Below the pieces are notes generated by a model, which was given only the letters and a program-made list of their open reading frames with translations, did not search any database and was not told the DNA's origin. Position numbers and translations under genes: made by a program. Positions 12,235-24,658 of a DNA stretch of 64,000 nt are shown one piece after another (the stretch's first letter is position 1; each line of letters starts with the position of its first letter). The stretch is from assembly GCF_963921235.1 (NCBI RefSeq), contig NC_086108.1, forward strand, positions 52,144,001-52,208,000, read 5' to 3'. This DNA is from Mobula hypostoma. Lineage: Eukaryota.

Positions 12235-13800
12235 GTTTCACTGAAAGAGTAGTGAAAGCAGAGGAAAATAAAACTACAGCAATGAGGATCCCTGCAACGC
12301 CTGGTGAGCCTGTGATCTCTGTCTTGGATGCTGAAGTCAGATTGTCTTTCAAGAGGATGAATTCTTACAAGGTGACAGGCCCCAACGGAGTACCTGTTAG
12401 GGCTCTGAAAACCTGTACAACCAACTGGCAGCAGTGTTAAGGACATTTTGAATCTCTCATTACTATAGTCAGAAATTCCCATCTGTTTCAAAAGGGAAGT
12501 GATCACACCAGTGCCCTAGAAGAGAAGGATTAGCTACCTTAATAACTATTGTCCAGTAGCACTCACATCTACAATGATGAAGTGCTTAGAGAGCTTGGTT
12601 ATGGCCAGAATTAACCCCTGGCTCAGTAAGGACCTAGACCCACTGCAATTTTCCCATTGCCACAATAGGTCTACATACAGCAGGATGCAATTTCTTTGGC
12701 TGTTTACGTGGCCTTGGATCACCTGGACAATACTAATACTTAGTTTATTGATTACAGCTCAGTGTTTAACACAATCATTCCTGCAATTCTATTTAAAAAG
12801 TCCAAAACCTGGGCCTTTGTACCTCCCTCTGCAACTAGATCCTTGACTTCCTCACCAGAGGATCACAGTCTGTGCTGATCGGAAATAACATCTCCACCTC
12901 ACTGACAATCAACACTGCCGCACGTCAGGGATATGTGCTTAGTCCAATGCTAAACTCTGTCTACACCCATGACTATGTGACTGGGCACAGCTCAAATGCC
13001 ATCTATAAATTTGCTGACAACACAACTATAGTTGGCAGAATTTCAGATGATGACAAGAAGGTGAATAGGAGCGAGGTAGATCAGCTAGCTGAGTGATGTC
13101 GCAGCAACAACTGTGCACACGACATCAGTAAGTCCAAAGAACTGATTGTGGACTTCAGAAAAGGAAGATGAGAGTACACGCAACAGTCCTCATAGACGGA
13201 TCAGAAATGGAAAGAGTGAACAATTTCAAGTTCTTGGCTGTCAATATCTCTGAGGATCTATCCTGGGCTCAACATTTCAATGCAGTTACAAAGAAGGAAT
13301 GACAGCAGCTATATTTCATTAGGAGTTTGAGGAGATTTGGTATATCATCAAAGACACTCACAAATTTCTACAGCGGTACCGTGCAGGACATTCTAACTGG
13401 CTGCACCACCATCTGGTATGGCGGTGGGGTGCAACCGCACATGATCGAAAGAGGCTGCAGAAAGTTGTGGACTCATTGAGCTCCATCATGGGCAGTAGCC
13501 TCCGTAGCATCCAGGACATCTTCAATGAGTGATGCCTCAAAAAGGTGGCATCTGTCATTAAGAACCCCCATCACCCAGGACATGCTACCATCTTCTCATT
13601 GCTACGATCAGGAAGGAGGTACGGGGGCCTGAAGGCACACATTCAATGATTCAGGAAGTCTCTTCTCCTCAGATTTCTGAATGGACAGTGAATGCATGAA
13701 TCTTACCTCACTGCAATACATACTATGTATTGCATTGTACTGCTGCTGTAAAAACAACAAATTTCACAACGTATGCTATTGATATTAAACCTGATCTGAC
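12235..13800 (+). mobile_element. Rex1/Babar-clade LINE, 5'-truncated and decayed
   Basis: KVTGPNGVPVRALK, MKCLESLV, LDPLQF, QGYVLSP..YTHD, KFADNTTIVG motifs; tail ATTAAACCTGATCTGA. Confidence 0.85.
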
Positions 13801-13983
13801 GCTGGTACTTTGCATCAACAAATAATTCAAAGCTGTGATTTTTCATTTAGTCACTGTGACTATTATAGTATCACTTTTATGGTAGCTGTTTCCTCTTGTC
13901 CCGCGGTAGTTTCACACATAGTTCACACCTCACTATAATGTGTTTATTTATCCACTTTTAGGATTTGCTAAAGCCACTTTTTT

Positions 13984-14645
13984 TAGATTAGATTAGATTA
14001 TGATTAGATTATGAGGACACGCCGTCCCCTTATATTGTCATTTAGTAATGCATGCATTAAGAAGTGATACGTTTCTCCAGAATGATATCACAGAAACACA
14101 AGACAAACTGACTGAAAAACTGACAAAAACAAATAATTATGACATATAGTTACAACAGTGCAAAGCAATACCGTAATTTGATAAAGAACAGACCATGGGC
14201 ATGGTAAAAAGTCTCAAAGTCGCTCGAAAGTCCCATCATCTCACGCAGATGGTGAACCTCCAGCGCCGCAAACTTGCCGATGCAGCATCCTGGAAGCACC
14301 CGACCACAGTCTGACTCCGAGTCCGTCCAAAAACTCCGAGCCTCCGACCAGCTCTCCGACACCGAGCACCGAGCACCATCCCTGCTGAGCGCTTCGACCC
14401 CAGCCCTGGCAACAGGCAATAGGCAAAGCCGAGGATTTGCGGCCTTCCCCTCCGGAGATTCTCGATCGCACAGTAACAGCGGCGGCGAAGCGGGCATTTC
14501 AAAAGTTTCTCCAGGTGTTCCTCCGTGCTTCTCACGGCTGTCTCCATCAAATCAGGATTGTGCACAGTCCCTAGTTAACACATACAATATCATTCGGAAT
14601 GGCCGCGCGCGCTGTGTCGCACCGCCATCTTCTCCTCCCTCCTCC
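13984..14645 (-). mobile_element. CpG-rich short non-LTR element with (TCTAA)n tail (probably Rex1-mobilised)
   Basis: (TTAGA)n at 13984-14010; GC/CpG-rich body starting GGAGGAGAAGATGGCGG on the minus strand; no recognisable protein. Confidence 0.6.
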
Positions 14646-14703
14646 TTTATTGCCCGTCATTCAATTCCATTGAAACAGTGGTGGCAGGCTGCCTTGTTGA
14701 ACG

Positions 14704-15238
14704 TACTCAGTGGCAATTTTATGAGATACCTCCTGTACCTAATAAAATGGCTATTGAGTGTATGTTCATGGTCTTCTTCTGCTGTAACCCATCCACTTTA
14801 AGGTTCAAAGTGTTGTGCATTCAGAGATGCTCTTCTGCAAACCACTGTTGTGACATGTGGTCATTTGAGTTACTGGCGCCTTACTGTTAGCTTGAAACTG
14901 TCTGGCCATTCTCCTCTAACCTCTCTCATTAACAAGGCATTTTTGCCCACAGAACAACCACTTACTGGATGATTTTTGCACCATTCTCTGTAAACTCTAG
15001 AGATTGTTGTGCATGAAAATTCCAGAAGATCAGCAGTTTCTGAGAAACTCAAACTACCCCACCTGGCTCAACAATAATTCCACAGTCAGTCACTTAGACC
15101 ACATTTCTTCCCCATTCTAATGTTTGGTCTGAACAAGAACTGAACCTCTTCACCATGTCTGCATGCTTTATGCATTGAGATGCTGCCACATGATTGACTG
15201 ATTAGATATTTGCATTAACAAGCAGGTATACCTAATAA
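14704..15238 (-). mobile_element. Tc1/mariner non-autonomous element
   Basis: Transposase HTH remnant (SETADLLEFSCTTISRVYREW); homologous to 22751 and 47286. Confidence 0.85.
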
Positions 15239-15244
15239 CTAAGC

Positions 15245-15780
15245 AAACTATGTTCCTCCAGACCAAGATGCACAACACAGTACATATGCTTCATACACAA
15301 CACATAATGTAACACATAATGTAAATTAATGAATAATAAAGTATATTCCAGAAGACTGACATTGAGTAAAGGGTGTATTTATGACACGTTTAAAAGTAAA
15401 CAGTATAACGCTATTGGTGCCTCATATGTGATAAGACCTGGGTGGTGGCAGGGAGTTCAGTAATCTCACAGCCTGGAGAAAGAAACTGTGTCCCAGCCTA
15501 ACAGACATTGTTCTAATGCTGTGATACCTCCTTCCTGATGGTCAGGGTCAAAGAGCTTGTTGGACAGATGGGAGGGATCCATGACAATGCTAAGGGCCAT
15601 GATCCTGAATTTGGGTGGATGGAAGAGAGACCCTGATGATCCTCTCAACAGTTCATGCAATCCTTTGTAGGACCTTGCGGTCAGATGCCTTGCAATTCCT
15701 GTACCAGACAGTGATGCAACTGCTCAGGAGATTCTCACTGGTGTTCCTATAAAATTGGATTAGAAGTGGGGGGTGTACTT
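15245..15780 (-). mobile_element. Rex1/Babar-like LINE 3' fragment
   Basis: Minus-strand LFDPDHQEGG...SF remnant, similar to the 3' part of 12235-13800. Confidence 0.55.
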
Positions 15781-16046
15781 GATTCAAGGTTCACAGCCTC
15801 TGATCTACTTTTGCTAGGTGCCATGGTATTTTTTGTCATCGATTTAAACTTTTGGTCAGTGGTGACCCCTGGGTATTGATAGTGGGCGACTCGGCAGTGG
15901 TAATGCTATTGAATGTATTGCACTATTGAGAGTTATTGCAATATTGGCTGGGAACCTGGTGATATTGATCATAGCTATAAGTCCATTTGCAACACCTTCT
16001 TGGAAGTTTACTTTCATTCTCTAAAATATAAGCATACTGCATTATA

Positions 16047-17795
16047 AAGACCATAAGACCATAAGACATAGGAGCAGAATTAGGCCATCTGGCCCATCAA
16101 GTCTGCTCTGCCATTCAATAATGGCTGATCCTTTTTTCTTCTACTCCTCAACCCCAGATCCTGGCCTTCTCCCCGTAACCTTTGATACTATGTCCAATCA
16201 AGAACCTATCAATCTCTGCCTTAAGTACTCCAAACAACCTGGCCTCCATATATACATGTGGCAACAAATTTCACTATTCACCATCCTTTGGCTAAAGAAA
16301 TTTCTCCACATATCTGTTTTGAAAGGGCGCCCCTCTATGATGAGGGTGTGCCCTCTTATCCTAGACTCTCCCACCATGGGAAATATCCTTTCCACATATA
16401 CTCTGTCTAGGCCTTTCAACATTCAAAAGAATTCAATCAGATCCCCCTTCATCCTTCTGAATTCCAGTGAATGCAGACACAGAGCCATCAAACTTTCCTT
16501 GTATGATAACCCTTTCATTCCTGGAATCATCTTTGTGAACCTTCTCTGGACCCTCAACAATACTAGCACATCTTTTCTAAGATGAGGGGCCCAAAACTGT
16601 TCACAATACTCAAGGTGAGGCCTCACCAGTGCCTTATAGAGCCTCAGTATCACATCCTTGCTCTTGTATTCTAGGATCTCTTGAAATGAATGCTAACATG
16701 GCATTTGCCTTCCTCACCACCGACTCAACCTGCAAGTTAACCTTCAGGGTATTCTGCACAAGGACGCCCAAGTCCCTTTGCATCTCAGATTTTTGGATTT
16801 TCTCCCTGTTTAGAAAATAGTCCACACATTTATTTCTACTACCAAAGTACATGATCCTGCATTTTCTGACATTGTATTTCTTTTGCCACTTTCTTGCCCA
16901 TTCTCCTTATCTAAATTCTTCTGCAGCCTACCTGTTTCCTCAACACTACCTGCCCCTCCACCAATCTTTGTATCATCTGCAAACTTGGCAAGAAGGCCAT
17001 CTATTCCATCATCTAAATCATTTATATAGTGTAAAAAACAAGTGGTCCCAACACCAACCCCACAGAAAAGCACTAGTCACTGGCAGCCAATCAGAAAAGG
17101 ATCCTTTTATTCCCACACACTACCTCCTACCAATCAGCCAATGCTCTAGCCATGTTAGTAACTTTTCTGTAATACCATAGGCTCTTAACTTGATAAGCAG
17201 CCTTATGTGTGGCACCTTGTCAAAGGTCTTCTGAAAGTCCAAATATACAACATTCACTGCATCCCCTTTATCTATCCTACTTGTAATCTCCTCAAAGAAT
17301 TCCAACAGGTTCGTCAGGCAGGATGTTCCCTGAAGAAAACCATGCTGACTTTGTCTTATCTTGTCCTATGTCACCAAGTACTTCATCACCTCATCCTTAA
17401 CAATTGACTCTTAACATCAGCCCAACCACTGAGGCCAGGCTAACTGGTCTATAATTTCCTTTCTGCTGTCTTTCTCCTTTGGCACCATGCCAGAGTCCAC
17501 TGATTTCTGAAAGATCATTTCTAATGCCACCATAATCTACCTCTTTCAGAACCCTAGAATGCAGTTTTTGATCACGTTCTCTCTTGTAATGGTAACTGCA
17601 CCCACTTCTCTTCCTTCACACATTACAACATCAGGCATATTGCTAGTGTTTTTCCACAGTGAAGACTGATGCAAAATACTCATTTAGTTCATCAGCCATC
17701 TCCTTGTCTCCCGTTATTATTTCTCCTGCCTCATTTTCTAGCAGTCCTATATCCACTCTCATTTCTCTTTAATTTGTAACATACTTGAAAAAAAT
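16047..17795 (-). mobile_element. 5'-truncated CR1 LINE
   Basis: VYLDFQKTFDKVPH, KFADDTKIGG, LVRPHLEYCEQFWAP; (CTTATGGT)n tail; same family as 11141-12105. Confidence 0.92.
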
Positions 17796-18675
17796 TTTAA
17801 TGATGAATTCCCTCCCTCCCATTTTTGAAATGAACAGAGATGCATACTGGTATCCACTCCTCTTCTTAACAATGGATTAATTTACACTTTAGTGACGTGA
17901 TAACTGATATGTCATTAAATTGCTTTATTTTGAAGCCTTCAAATAAATAAGCACGATTCCAGTTGGAGGAGCTGTCAAATACTCCCATCTCACTTTCAGT
18001 TGAATCACAGTGATGCATCATTCATCTCTGATTGAAAAGTCAGTGGGTTAAGCACCACAAAAGATTTGAATGCAAAATATCCAGATTGACACCCAGTATA
18101 CTACTGAGGAGATGCTACATTGCTGGTGGTACTGTCACTCAATCAAAACAGACATTTTTTTCTCTGATACAGGGTTTTGTCCCGAAACAGCTCCAATCTC
18201 TTGGCTGACAGACGTTGCTCTACCTACTGAGTTCCTCCAGCAGATGGTTTGTTGGTCCAGATATTTTGTCCCTTCTGAAACCTGATCAGCTATTTAATGC
18301 AAAGGAAATTTCTAATGAAAGGAAATTACCTTTCCTTAGTAGTTAAACGATGGAGGATACATCTATCAATTAAAACAGCTCTTCACCTTGAACACCCATT
18401 AGCACGATCAGGCGAGATGATCGTTCTGATCATCTGCCATTGCATTGGACTCCACACAATAGAAAGAATATTAAGTCTTTAGAGTGGGTAGTGGCTGATT
18501 CACAAGATGTTTAGTAGAAATAGAGAAAACAAATTTTAAAAAGTGGGCATTTGAAAGTACTTTTCAAAAGAGTCTTACTGTGGCATGGAATATGTGTCAA
18601 TATAACAGATGTGTTTAAGTTAATGAGGGATGGACAGGATAAATGGGAAACGGCATTTTAAAATAATTACACCAT

Positions 18676-18917
18676 GGCACAATAACGCAGCAGTTAGCAT
18701 AATGGCAGTACAGAGCCAGCGACAACTCCAGCGGTGTCTCTAAAGAGTTTGTACGTTTTCCCTACAACTGCAAGGGTTTCCTCTGGGTGCTCTGGTTTCC
18801 ACCCACATTCCAAAGACATACGGGTTAGTAGTTTAATTGATCATATGGATATAATTGGGCAGTAAAGGCTCACTGGACTGGTTGAGCCTGTTACTGTGCT
18901 GTATCTCTAAAAAAAAG
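18676..18917 (+). mobile_element. tRNA-derived SINE (HE1/V-SINE-like)
   Basis: tRNA-like head, GGGTTTCCTCTGGGTGCTCTGGTTTCC core, TGTATCTCTAAAAA tail. Confidence 0.75.
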
Positions 18918-19499
18918 TAAAAATAATTGTAGTAAATCAAAATAAAATTATTCCTTTGCTCATCCCTGCTGTAAAGGTACGAATGAGACTGGCATCATGC
19001 TCTTCGTTTTTATACCATAGCCAACTTTTGTCAGACAATCCAAGTTTGACGAAGTCATTAATAATCACAAGTGGAACTATTGCAGAGCATGGTGGTTTAA
19101 TCTCTCCAGAGGTGTTGGCATGGTCAGGGATTTGTCCCATTCCAGCTTTCCACAGTGCCCCAATTACAACTTAATATTGCTCTGATACCACCTGTATGGA
19201 GTAGGTGACCACTTGGGTTTCTTTTCACATGTGGGTTGGTAAGTTAATTGGCACCACAAATTACCCTGAGCCTGTATGTGTGTTAGAATCAAGAAAAAGC
19301 TGCTTAGATGCATTTTTCTCTTGCTGAGCCTTATCAGTTCAGTACACTATAATATTTGTAACTGCCAAAGGTACCTATCAGATTCTAGCTCTATTATTCT
19401 GGTATAATTATTTAATGTAGGTTTGGCGTTCCATGCATACTCTCAGTTGTTAACGCCTTTCAGTTATATTTTTTAAATATTTGCAGTGTGTAGGGGGTT

Positions 19500-20750
19500 T
19501 CCTACAATATACGCCACCGATGTCAACGAAACTCTAAACTAGAATGTTACTGGGCCATCTTGTGGGATGAATGGCTTAATTCGGATTTATAGTAACGGAT
19601 TCCTGCACAGAGTACTTATGTTTCGCGTGTAAGGTCCTGTTCGAGGAACGGTACGGCAAAGTGCTGTATCAATGCTCGGCCAGTGAAACGCATCGACAAC
19701 CAGGTGATTGTTAGTCGTCGTGGTGCCGCTGCTGGGAAGAGGGCCGTACCACGGCACAGACGGGTGTCAAACAAGGTGACTGGTTCTCTTAACGAGGATT
19801 TCTGTATTCTTAACGTTGTTAGAAACCACCGATAATTAGATTCAGGAAATATTTAAAGACCTTGTATTTGGCAACAAATGTATGACGCTGCGTCGAGTTT
19901 ACAGCGAAAAGAGTGAGACAGATTCTCCCCTGCCGGTACATGGTTAGTTCCAGATCTCTGAAACCCTGAGTCCGTTTCAGCTACATTGTTGCCACATCAC
20001 TGCCGGGTTAAAGGGTTGCGAGCTGAAGTTTCCCCTTTTGAAGACATTGTGCCCAGGAAATTCATTTTACGGGATGTAATTTAATCCAGTATTGGCATGG
20101 ACAATCTCTTTCAGTCCGTTCCGTTACTCGGCGGCGGCCGCTTTGTTGAGACGCGAGGGGCGGTGCCTCTGCTCTGATAGTCAATTGCTCTGCCTCCATC
20201 TCTGCCAGGAGCGGTGAAGACGAGGAGTATGACAGTGTGATGATTTGTTCTCCGTCGGGTTGTGACATGGCCGAAGTTACGGCGGCAAGAGAAGACCTGT
20301 TCTCACAACTTCTCCAGTGTCTCTACGGGCAAGAGGATTCCCCCGAATAACGCGGACCACAGCGCATTTGGCGGCCCCGTTTTATTTTTCCCTTCGTTGA
20401 TTGGAATGGCATGAGCTGATCTGAATCCTGAATATTTCCAACATTCAGATACCTGGAGGGTTGGAGAGAAAACCGATATGTGAAAATGCGCAAAGCACAG
20501 CTTTTCGATTTGCCGGAATTAGATTTTATTTATTAGGAATCGCTTGACTGAGAATATAAATATATATTAGGAAGTTATAAAAGGAGCTGGTTTATAATTA
20601 ATATTTTATTGTAGAGTATTTATGTTTAATGGAAATATTTCAAAGCCGTGATGTTTATATGGATGTGAGAGGGCGCCTTCATATACCCGGAGATGGTTCC
20701 AGATAGCGCCCACACTGCGATTTATCTGAACTGGTGCCAGGAGAAAAACC
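19500..20750 (+). promoter_or_regulatory. CpG-rich region; putative alternative promoter/5'UTR of the short PDE4DIP isoform
   Basis: Visibly high CpG density in non-repeat DNA within a CpG-depleted background; GGGGCGG GC-box near 20157; directly upstream of the first coding exon. Confidence 0.65.
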
Positions 20751-21001
20751 ATTTATCAAATTGAACTGCAAAGAAAAACTAAAAAAGCGGTATTTGTACG
20801 TTGATTTCCTCCTGACATTATTTGAGACTTCTAAAGGATAACTTTATTGTTAATAGAAACTAGTTAACTTCGTAACTATTATTGAGAAACATGGACAAAT
20901 GGTGAAACCTTGCTGTGGAGACTAAGGTTGTGACTTTTCAATTTAAATTTTAACCTCGTTGTCTAGTTGACTGTGTAATCAACTCTACTTTGGGCACCAG
21001 A

Positions 21002-22171
21002 ATGAAGGAAGTTTGCAGGATTTGTGCCCGTGAGCTGTATGGTAACCAGCGACGATGGATCTTTCACACGGCTTCCAAGCTAAACCTACAGGTCATTCTA
21101 TCCCATGTACTGGGCAAAGAGATATCCCGAGACGGGAAGCCAGAGTTTGCCTGCAGCAAGTGTGCTTTCATGTTGGACCGAATCTACAGATTTGATACAG
21201 TCATTGCAAGGATTGAGGCACTCTCCATTGAGCGTCTGCAGAAGTTGCTGGTAGAGAAAGACCGGATCAAACACTGCATTGCCAGCCTTTATCGTAAAAC
21301 CAATGAAGAACCAAGTATCGACGCCAAGGGAGAGGACATTGCAGCAGACATTCCAAACCTACCTGATGTCCGATACCATGCTTTACTGCAGGATGATTTC
21401 GTCTACTCTGGGTATGAGTCATGGACAGAACATGGGGAGGAAGCTGTAGATACTCACAGCTGCCAGACTTCAGAAAGCACAACCTTCAAATCCCGGAAGT
21501 GTCGTAGCTGCTCAGCCTTGCGTGTGACCGATGCAGACTATGAGGCAGTTTGTAGGGTCCCTCGGAAGCTGGCAAAGACTGGTGATCTCTCTGCCAAGTG
21601 TGGAAGTGTTACAGTAGGCAGTATAACTGCTGAGGAGGGACTCTCAATGCCAGTCATTCATGAAACTATGTCTATGGGACCAAGTGAATCTAGGACTTCC
21701 ACCTATGCTGACTCTCTGGACAAAATATCACCAGCTTCTTCTGTGGAATCTCTTGGAACAGCAGTAGAATCCTGTCCTGCACCCAGTAGTGATGTGACAC
21801 AAGGAGAAAAAAGTGTGAAAGATGACAAAAGTCCTAAATCAGACTTTTCTGATGGTCCAGCACCAAGTCCTGCTATGCACCCCCATAAACTGGACTTGGT
21901 ACTAAGTTTAGTGAATAATGTCGAATACAGACCAGTGCAAAGTCCGAAAGGCAGCAAGTTACCAATTCATGTTAGGGCAACACCATTGGGCTCTCAATCA
22001 AGTGGTAGTTTGTGCGAAGGGATTTTCAGATCTCACCTGCAAAGCGGTAGCTATGAATTAATCAGTAAATACTTGGAGCCTCCTAGAATGAATTTGAGCT
22101 TTGATGATATGACAGATCTTGAGGACCTCCTGCAGGACGTGCTTGATGAATATATTCCCATTCGCACACAG
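21002..22171 (+). CDS. PDE4DIP: Myomegalin short isoform (SMYLE/MMG8-type) first coding exon, 390 aa
   Basis: MKEVCRICARELYGNQRRWIFHTASKLNLQV...FACSKCAFMLDRIYRFDTVIARIEALSIERLQKLL matches the recalled vertebrate isoform N-terminus; SKLP motif at 21953-21964; donor CAG|GTACTT, phase 0. Confidence 0.95.
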
Positions 22172-22750
22172 GTACTTGAAGAATGACTGTTAAGATTGAT
22201 TTTTCCCTCATCTCAGTGTTCTGTAAACTAGTTTGCAGCAATCAATAGAAGCTGACCCTACCCTTGCAGACAACTTTTTTCAATAACATTGTCGTGCAGA
22301 TTTTTGATAACTGTAATCTGAGCTTTTCTCCTCTCCATCTTTCCCACTGAGATCCACTCCAAAAACCATTGTGAATGTGAAACAAATTGGGTGTTCAGTT
22401 GCACCAATTTTGTGAGCAAATTGTTTCTGTGCTGTTGTAATAAGTTTCTTCCATGAAAAAACAATACAGTTGATCCACTGAAAGATCAACACAGTTAAAT
22501 CACAGAATGGTACTGTGTAAGCAAGTTTGCAAAGTATTATAAAAATCTCTAACTGTAGTTTTAGTTGTTTCACTGCATTGCAATCTTCCTTTGTGTGTTT
22601 GGACTTCATGTGGAGCCTCAGAATATTGGAGGGAATGCATCATAATAGTGTAGGCGTTTGTGCAAATGAAGTGTCCTGGATGTTTTCTAATCCTAGTGAC
22701 TGAGGACTTGGCACAGTTTAAAATACTGTATATCATTGATGCTCAGTAGT

Positions 22751-23281
22751 TACACTCTGCAGCCACTTGATTAGGTACACAGGTTGCTTGTTAATGCAAA
22801 TGTCCAATCATGTGGCAGCAACTCAGTGCATCAAAAGGTTCGGTTGTTGTTCAGACCAAATGGCAGAATAGGAAGGAAATGTGATCTAAGTGACTTTGAC
22901 TGTGGAATGATTGTTAGTGCCAGAGGGGTGGTTTGAGTATCTCGGAAACTGCTGATCTCCTAGGATTTTCACGCACAGCACTCTCTAGAGTTTACAGAGA
23001 ATGGTGTGAGAAGCAAAACAAAAACATTCAGCGAGTGGCAGTTCTGTGGGCAAAAACATCTTGTTAATAAGAGAGGTCGGAGGAGAATGGTCAGATTGTT
23101 TCAAGTTGACAAGAAGGTGCCAGTAACTCAAATAACCACACATTACAACAGTGGTGTGCAGAAGGGCATCTCTGAATGCACAACACTTGGAACCTTGAAG
23201 TGGATGGGCTACAGCAGCAGAAGACCATGAACATACACTCAGTGATCTCTTCATTAGACACCTAATGAAGTGGCCACTGAG
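22751..23281 (+). mobile_element. Tc1/mariner non-autonomous element
   Basis: TIRs TACACTCTGCAGCCACTTGATTAGG / CCTAATGAAGTGGCCACTGAG; transposase N-terminal remnant (LKWMGYSSRRP). Confidence 0.88.
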
Positions 23282-24416
23282 GATAGTTTGACATAAATAA
23301 ACAAAATTGTACTTGAGTCATGTTGGTACTGGAGAATTGAACTCTGGCTGCAGTGCTATTTATTTTTCTTTTACTCTGTGTAAATGCAGTAAGGCATGTA
23401 GAGTTGGTGCTATCAGCTGGGAGACTTTCTAAACAAGAGTTCCGAAGTTCATGAGGCCTGAGCTGGAAATCTGGCCCCTGCCATCTGAAACCTCCATACA
23501 GCAAGGTGTAACTTCCTGTGCCTATTGCTCACTAGTGCCAGTTTTTTTGAGGACCTTGCCCTTTTGGAAATGGATTCTGATGGTTCAAGCTCATTTCGTG
23601 CAAGGGAAAACCGAAATTCACTGTTAGGTGATTTCTGTGGACATGCAACATGTTAAATATTTCTATAGTGAATTAGATCAAATCTGTGGAATTCCAAGAT
23701 CTATATGGTTCAAAACACGGCAGCCTGTATTGTTAGTCCAAGTCACCAAGGGAGTTCTGGCTGTTTTTTTTTAAGTTCTTTGACATGTTGGGCATTTCCA
23801 GCCATTTATAAAAATGAAAAAGATAAGAACACTAAGTGAAGCTGCTTTTATAACTGCAGCACAGATGACTGACAGTTGTCATTTTCTGCTGTTTGGTAGA
23901 AGGGTCTCCGTTGCACTTGCTGCTTAAGAAGAAAATGACAGGCTGTGAGCACCTTAACAGATTAAACATAATCTAGTTCCAATAACCTGCTTTTAACCTA
24001 TTTTCCCACACGTCCATTTATTAGAGGGCATAATGTATAATTTGGGAGCTTGTGATGACATAGCTGGACCCAGGCTAGGCAGACGAATGGTATAACATTC
24101 AAGAATATTTGATTTTGAAATTATTACACTGATATTTTTATCCCTTTTACCTTTTTTCAGTCAGTGCTCCTTCAGAATAGAGAGGAGTTCCAAGTATACA
24201 CCAAATCCGACCCATCAGCACTGAATGCCTGTGGATTAACTGATGGTTAAGTGGGGTGGACAGGAGGTGGGGCTGAAAGAAAAAAAATTGATATAAATGC
24301 AAAACCTTTCCTGCATCTGAGAGAGTTGCTGATGAGGTTTTTGTAAGTAGAAACTGAAATTAACAACTTCTAGTGCACCTTTTGGACACTTTCTGTTTAT
24401 AACTCTTTTCACAATA

Positions 24417-24658
24417 GGGCCAGCACAGTAGCGTGGTGGTTAGTGTAACAGCGCCAGTGACCCAGGTTCAATTCTGCCACTGTCTGTACAGAGTGTGAAC
24501 ATTCTCCCCATTACTGTGTGGGTTTCCTCCGGGTGCTCCAGTTTTCTTTCACATTCCAAGGATGTAGGGGTTAGTAGGTTAATTACACATGGGCATAATT
24601 GGGTGGTACAGGCTTGCTGGGCCAGAAGGGCCTGTTACTGAGCTGTATCTCTGAATAA
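24417..24658 (+). mobile_element. tRNA-derived SINE (HE1/V-SINE-like)
   Basis: A box GTAGCGTGGTGG, B box GGTTCAATTC, core shared with 18676. Confidence 0.8.

Noticed and set aside
14150..14801. Overlapping 109-175 aa ORFs
   Set aside because: They lie in a GC-rich retroelement body and run into a Tc1 MITE; no recognisable domains.
1..19500. Upstream CM1-containing exons of long PDE4DIP
   Set aside because: No convincing coiled-coil exon with splice sites found; they probably lie outside the window.
20990..22186. 398-aa ORF as a standalone single-exon gene starting at TTG
   Set aside because: Homology begins at ATG 21002, and the donor at 22171 joins in frame to downstream coiled-coil exons; VLEE* is intronic read-through.
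24417..24490. tRNA gene
   Set aside because: It is the tRNA-derived head of a multi-copy SINE and does not form a proper cloverleaf.
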